Assembly (NCBI GenBank): GCA_965221905.1
Contig: OZ244922.1
Span: 832,001 to 896,000, forward strand
Source: Chloroflexota bacterium
GTDB lineage: Bacteria; Chloroflexota; UBA11872; VXOZ01
Direction: 5' to 3'
DNA: 64,000 bases
Part shown: positions 59,872 to 64,000 of the stretch, one piece after another
Layout of the letters: the number at the start of each line of letters is the position of its first letter
Numbering within the stretch: the first letter of the stretch is position 1
Program-made: the position numbers and the translations under genes
The notes under the pieces: model-generated
The model's input: only the letters and a program-made list of their open reading frames with translations
What the model was told of the DNA's origin: nothing
The model's database searches: none

Positions 59872-60594
59872 CTAACGGTCGCTCGTCTCCGTGAATACGG
59901 CGCGGGCGGTCAAGAGTTGCTCGGCGTAGAACTGGGAATCGGTGCTACCCCGCGCCTGCAGAGACGCGACTGCGGCGCTAAACTCGGCTTCGCCAGATTC
60001 CTCCCGGCCTTCGAGCAAGGCCGCTAGCCCGATATAACCTTCCAGCATCAAGCGGCCCTCCGGGTCCTCGCCATGCTCCAGATTGTAGACATGGGCTGCT
60101 CTAAGCACTTGCAGGGCCTCCGCGTAATGCTTGTGCGCAATAAGTTGGGCACCCAGGAACCAATAGGTGAACGCCAGTTGCGCGGCAGTTGGGTCGAGTT
60201 CATGCAGTTGGCGCACGCTGTAGCGGGCGAAGATGAGGCCCTGCTCCATCTGCTCATCTGAGATCGACATTCCCGGTTCGCTCCACCCGGGCCACGTGAA
60301 AGAGGCAACATTGGTCGCCATGCGCTTGGCCGCGAAACGAAGATCCTTGGCAGCGGTTTCGTCCTTGCCATCGTGTGCGTGTGCAGCGGCCAAGCAGTAG
60401 TGGATGCCGGCACTGCCGAAGTGCAGCACCTGCTCAATTGATTTGGCCCTGTGGTAGCAATTGAGAATGAGGTCTCCGAACGCCGCAGCAACTGTTTGCG
60501 TATCTCCAAGGCCAAGCACGAATGCGCTGGCGGCAAAGAGGTCTTTTTCCTCAATCAGGGCTTGCACCGATTGGTAGATTTCTTCACGAGTCAT
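59872..60594 (-). CDS. Hypothetical alpha-helical protein
   Basis: 240-aa ORF, NVASFTWPGW motif, helical pattern. Confidence 0.65.
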   Translation of the reverse strand: MTREEIYQSVQALIEEKDLFAASAFVLGLGDTQTVAAAFGDLILNCYHRAKSIEQVLHFGSAGIHYCLAAAHAHDGKDETAAKDLRFAAKRMATNVASFTWPGWSEPGMSISDEQMEQGLIFARYSVRQLHELDPTAAQLAFTYWFLGAQLIAHKHYAEALQVLRAAHVYNLEHGEDPEGRLMLEGYIGLAALLEGREESGEAEFSAAVASLQARGSTDSQFYAEQLLTARAVFTETSDR

Positions 60595-60759
60595 GGGTAC
60601 TGTTTTCTGCCGAGCCTCCCGGCCGAAATTGGCGTTTCTGAATCAAACATCTTGTAGGAGGGAGGGGCGACTTAGTTTTTACCACACTGTTGCCTCGGAA
60701 TTCTATTCAGGCTTGCAGATCATAGCCAATTGATTGGCAGAGATCGCAATTCAGTCACT

Positions 60760-60809
60760 TGAATGGGACTAGAAGGGTGACCGGTGAATGGGACTAGGAG
60801 GGTGTCCGG
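60760..60809. repeat. 25-bp direct tandem repeat, 2 copies
   Basis: TGAATGGGACTAGAAGGGTGACCGG / TGAATGGGACTAGGAGGGTGTCCGG. Confidence 0.7.
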
Positions 60810-60813
60810 CTCC

Positions 60814-60881
60814 GTCATTCCCGTGAAAACGGGAATCCATCTTCTCCGCGTGCCCTGGACTCCGGCTTGCGCCGGAGTGAC
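60814..60881. repeat. Inverted doublet of GTCATTCC-type REPs (REPIN-like)
   Basis: GTCATTCCCGTGAAAACGGGAATCCA ... TGGACTCCGGCTTGCGCCGGAGTGAC; same 68-bp length as 57989-58056. Confidence 0.85.
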
Positions 60882-60921
60882 GGTACTCGGGCATTAGATC
60901 TGTCGGGGTATGCCTCTATGC

Positions 60922-61701
60922 TCAGTCCGATTGCAGTGCTTGCACCGCCACGCGGTAGAGCATTTCCAGGCCCACGCGCGTGGTATTGGAGCGAAAGTGC
61001 GGGTCCCAAGTTAGGTCTCCGAGCGTATCGCTGATCGTCAGGAGCACTCCCATCTCAACGCCCCGGTATGCCGCGACGGCAAAGAGCGCCGCGGCCTCCA
61101 TCTCGACGGCGAGCACGCCCGCCGCCTGATAGTGTTGCACTTCCGCAATGGTCTCCCGGTAGGGGGCATCTGTGGTCCAACTGGTACCAACGCTATACGG
61201 CGTGCCGGTGGCCTGCAGCGCGTCTACCAGCCGAGCGGTCGCGGCCGGCGAAGCGTGGGCGTACGTATCCGGCGGCAGGTAATGGTGAGACGTGCCCTCA
61301 TCCCGAATCGCGCGGTCGCAGACGACAATGTCGCCAATGGCAAGGTCTCGCTGGAGACTGCCCGCAGTGCCAATCGAGAGGAAGCGCCGTATTCCCTGAA
61401 CGATCAGCTCTTCCAGTACCACGATTGCCGCCGGCGCTCCAATGCCGAAGCCACCTTTGACGGCCACCCGGTTCTCCGTCTCGTTCAGCGAGTGCAGTTT
61501 TACGATTGCACCCCGTTCCGTGGTTGTGGTCTGGTGCTGCTCGAGGATGTGCGCCAGTAAGGAACTCTGGTAGCAAAGAATGACCGCTTCCGGTACGGGC
61601 ACCGTAGATGCGCTCTTGTTCCCTTGGAAGTATTCGAGAGAGGCTTCCGGTGTGATAAAGGCGTTTTCACGATGCTTATTGGGGAAGTTTGGATACGGCA
61701 T
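60922..61701 (-). CDS. Nucleoside phosphorylase (PNP/UDP family)
   Basis: GIGAP, IGTAGSL, AIRDEGTS.HY, WTTDAPYRET, VEMEAAA. Confidence 0.88.
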   Translation of the reverse strand: MPYPNFPNKHRENAFITPEASLEYFQGNKSASTVPVPEAVILCYQSSLLAHILEQHQTTTTERGAIVKLHSLNETENRVAVKGGFGIGAPAAIVVLEELIVQGIRRFLSIGTAGSLQRDLAIGDIVVCDRAIRDEGTSHHYLPPDTYAHASPAATARLVDALQATGTPYSVGTSWTTDAPYRETIAEVQHYQAAGVLAVEMEAAALFAVAAYRGVEMGVLLTISDTLGDLTWDPHFRSNTTRVGLEMLYRVAVQALQSD

Positions 61702-61856
61702 GAGACTTTTTCTGAAGATTTCTGAAACTTGCACGTTCTTTACGGCTACTAGCTTACTATGTATTACTAGCAACTGACTAAACGGGGTCTGCGTCCAGTT
61801 AGCGTCACTCAAAGCCTTGCAGTAAGGATTAGGGGCCCTAAATTCACCACGCATTT

Positions 61857-61883
61857 CCGGTAGCGTAGGTTTGCAACCTGCGC
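61857..61883. repeat. GTAGCG-type REP-like repeat
   Basis: CCGGTAGCGTAGGTTTGCAACCTGCGC; reverse complement of 56493-56519. Confidence 0.75.
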
Positions 61884-61973
61884 TCGTGCGGCGAAGGAGT
61901 TTTCGGCGTAAACGTGACCCTCTTCAAGACAGCCCTGCCCGTCTTCCCCCTCACCCTAGCCCTCTCCCTCGAT

Positions 61974-62211
61974 GAGACCTTTGCGTAACTTCCGCCAGAG
62001 GCGCAAGAATTACTCCCTCTCCCTGGAGTGTACAGACCGGGGTGAGGGGATTCTTGCTTACCCTGTCTTTTCTACCTCTAAGACCTATATGTAAGTGTGC
62101 AATATCGGTGAAAATGGCCCCGATTGCGGGGATTCCCCCCCCCCTCACCCTAACCCTCTCCCGGCGGGAGAGGGGACTTTGTCGCCTCGGCAAGGGTTAT
62201 GCAAAGGTCTC
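61974..62211. mobile_element. 238-bp MITE with 16-bp IRs and 6-bp target duplication, inserted in a REP loop and carrying two more REPs
   Basis: GAGACCTTTGCGTAAC ... GTTATGCAAAGGTCTC (15/16 match); CTCGAT at 61968-61973 and 62212-62217. Confidence 0.8.
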
Positions 62212-62358
62212 CTCGATGGAGAGGGAACAATACGCGGTCATGAGGGATGGCGGAAGGCGTCCCTGGCCTATGGTCGGACTCAACGGATGCCCCTACTAAA
62301 TCCTAGAACGACAGCAAGGGGCCGAACTCTCGCGTGGCATCCTGCGACGGAGGAGAAT

Positions 62359-64000
62359 TCAATCCTTCTTCACGAAGACCGGACTGCACCACGCCATCTC
62401 GCCGTCGTACTGGGTGACGCGCACGAAGTAGGGCGTTACGTCTTGGTGCAGGGGTTCAGGGTCTTGGAACGTGAAGGCAACGTCGTAGGGAGCGCGCTCC
62501 TCATTGTCGCGGCTGATGCGGACCTCGCTGCCAATGCCGGTAGTGACCGGGCGTACGAGTTCGTCTCTGTCGGCCAACTCGTCCAGGCGCACCGTAAACG
62601 TGGCGGGCGCAGAGGTGAAGGTGAGCGACGTCTCGGCGTTGCCGTCGAGTTCCAGCGCTACGCCGTCCCAATCGCCGGATGTCTGCGAGACCCAGCGTAT
62701 GCTCTCCTCATTCTGCTCGATGATGCCCTCCACCGGATCGTCAAAGGCCCAGCCTCTTGCCGAGAGAATGCGGCCCTTTTCCACGCGCAGGCTGCCGTCC
62801 CAGCGGAGGCGGCGGGTGCGGTCCTTCACGCGCGAGCCGCGCCAGCCGACGCGAATCTTCGTGGGCAGACCGCTCTCCGGCTCGACAAGGGCATGTGTGT
62901 AGACCACCGTCGTGCCCCGCAGTACCTCCACCTTCTCCAACGGCGCGGTGCCTGCTACTTTGACGTTTAACACTGGTGGCTGGGTGGAACAAAAAACCTC
63001 ACCCATGGGGTGCCCGTCGGCGGTCAAGTTGAGAATCATGCGCGCGCCGGTGGAGGCAAAGGTATGGCGGGCGCGGATGGCATCCCAAATCGACCGGCGC
63101 TGCAGGCTGGGCGCATAGGCGCCGAGCAGCCCGCCACGTACGCCGAACATGCCGCCGTTGGTGGGACGGCTGGTGCCGGGGCGTCCCGTGTGATCGTCGC
63201 TGCCGGCCGCAAAGCCCGTGATCAGGCCGCGCTCCAGCGCCTCCTGCCAGACCCACTCGAACCAGCCGTGGGCTGAGGCGATCTCGATGAGTGGCATAAC
63301 TTCCGAGTCGAAGTAGTCGAGATTGGCGCGCCGCCCGCCGATGTGGGGAATCATGAATACGTCGTCCAAGCCGCGATAGAGATCGACCAGCGTCGAGACC
63401 GGGCACTTATCCTCCCACGGCCCCGGATCGCCCGGCACCTGCCAGTGGGACGAGCGGTGCAGCGGGCCTTCATCGCCGAGAAAGTGCACGTTGTGATCGC
63501 CGCCCGCCGGATGGTTGCCCGACCACTCGTAGCCCAGCAGCGTAAGAAAACGTCCGGGTTCGTTGTAGCGCTTTACTATTTCCTGTAACTCATACCAAAA
63601 CTCGGCAGTGATTTGAAAGTCGTTGCCCTGAATGCCCAGGAAGTCGACCCCCGCGTGGTCGCGGGCGTAGGTGAAATATTCGTCCGGACTGCCAGTGCCG
63701 ACGGTCTCTTCGGTCTGGGCGTGCATGTCGCCCCAATAGAGCCGCAGGACGGGCGCCTGCTCCTGCACGTGGATGGGATTGCTCTGGACGGCAAAGGCCG
63801 GATCCACGCTGCGCGCCTCGAGGCGCGTGATGCCGGCTTCATTCAGAGTTAGGCCGGTAAAGCGAAAAGTCCCGCCATCGTGCTCGCTAAAGGCATGGCT
63901 CGCCAGCGGCTCGGCCTGGTGTGGCAGGTAGAGGCCAACCTCACCACGAAAGCCGGAGGCCGTGTTGCCCCAGGCGTCGTCGGCGCGCACCAAGACTTCG
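62359..64000 (-). CDS. DUF3604-like PHP-fold metallohydrolase, 5' end outside the window
   Basis: LYWGDMHAQT, GYEWS, GGDHNV, IPHIGG, GSDDHTGRPG, Y.VRVTQ.DG..AW.SPV. Confidence 0.8.
   Translation of the reverse strand, partial: EVLVRADDAWGNTASGFRGEVGLYLPHQAEPLASHAFSEHDGGTFRFTGLTLNEAGITRLEARSVDPAFAVQSNPIHVQEQAPVLRLYWGDMHAQTEETVGTGSPDEYFTYARDHAGVDFLGIQGNDFQITAEFWYELQEIVKRYNEPGRFLTLLGYEWSGNHPAGGDHNVHFLGDEGPLHRSSHWQVPGDPGPWEDKCPVSTLVDLYRGLDDVFMIPHIGGRRANLDYFDSEVMPLIEIASAHGWFEWVWQEALERGLITGFAAGSDDHTGRPGTSRPTNGGMFGVRGGLLGAYAPSLQRRSIWDAIRARHTFASTGARMILNLTADGHPMGEVFCSTQPPVLNVKVAGTAPLEKVEVLRGTTVVYTHALVEPESGLPTKIRVGWRGSRVKDRTRRLRWDGSLRVEKGRILSARGWAFDDPVEGIIEQNEESIRWVSQTSGDWDGVALELDGNAETSLTFTSAPATFTVRLDELADRDELVRPVTTGIGSEVRISRDNEERAPYDVAFTFQDPEPLHQDVTPYFVRVTQYDGEMAWCSPVFVKKD

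Overview
Bacterial chromosomal DNA of roughly 60% GC. Gene content (many Gfo/Idh/MocA oxidoreductases, orphan ABC substrate-binding lipoproteins, PhyH dioxygenase, form II coxSLM, DUF1640-like and DUF4268 proteins) suggests a Chloroflexota-like organism, possibly sponge-associated; this is inference only. Housekeeping genes (hom, thrC, recJ, rel, argA-like GNAT, nagA, lepA, pepF) are interleaved with accessory blocks. No rRNA, tRNA or CRISPR array was seen. Main points of interest: (1) a ~300-nt structured non-coding leader on the minus strand (54838-55180), with an 11-codon uORF and an SD-sequestering hairpin, upstream of an RNHCP-domain gene; (2) a 4Fe-4S membrane protein pseudogene (22810-26011) whose inter-cysteine loop can be reconstructed as a 163-codon open insert containing four REP palindromes, later hit by an IS30 and an IS481-derived MITE that both landed in REPs; (3) a nested REP/MITE structure at 62 kb with a 6-bp target duplication equal to the REP loop; (4) a Rel enzyme with a tandemly duplicated zinc-finger (CC) domain; (5) a low-GC DUF262 + HEPN two-gene candidate defence system; (6) a membrane triple-PAS sensor with no output domain. 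All product calls come from motif recognition, not database searches.
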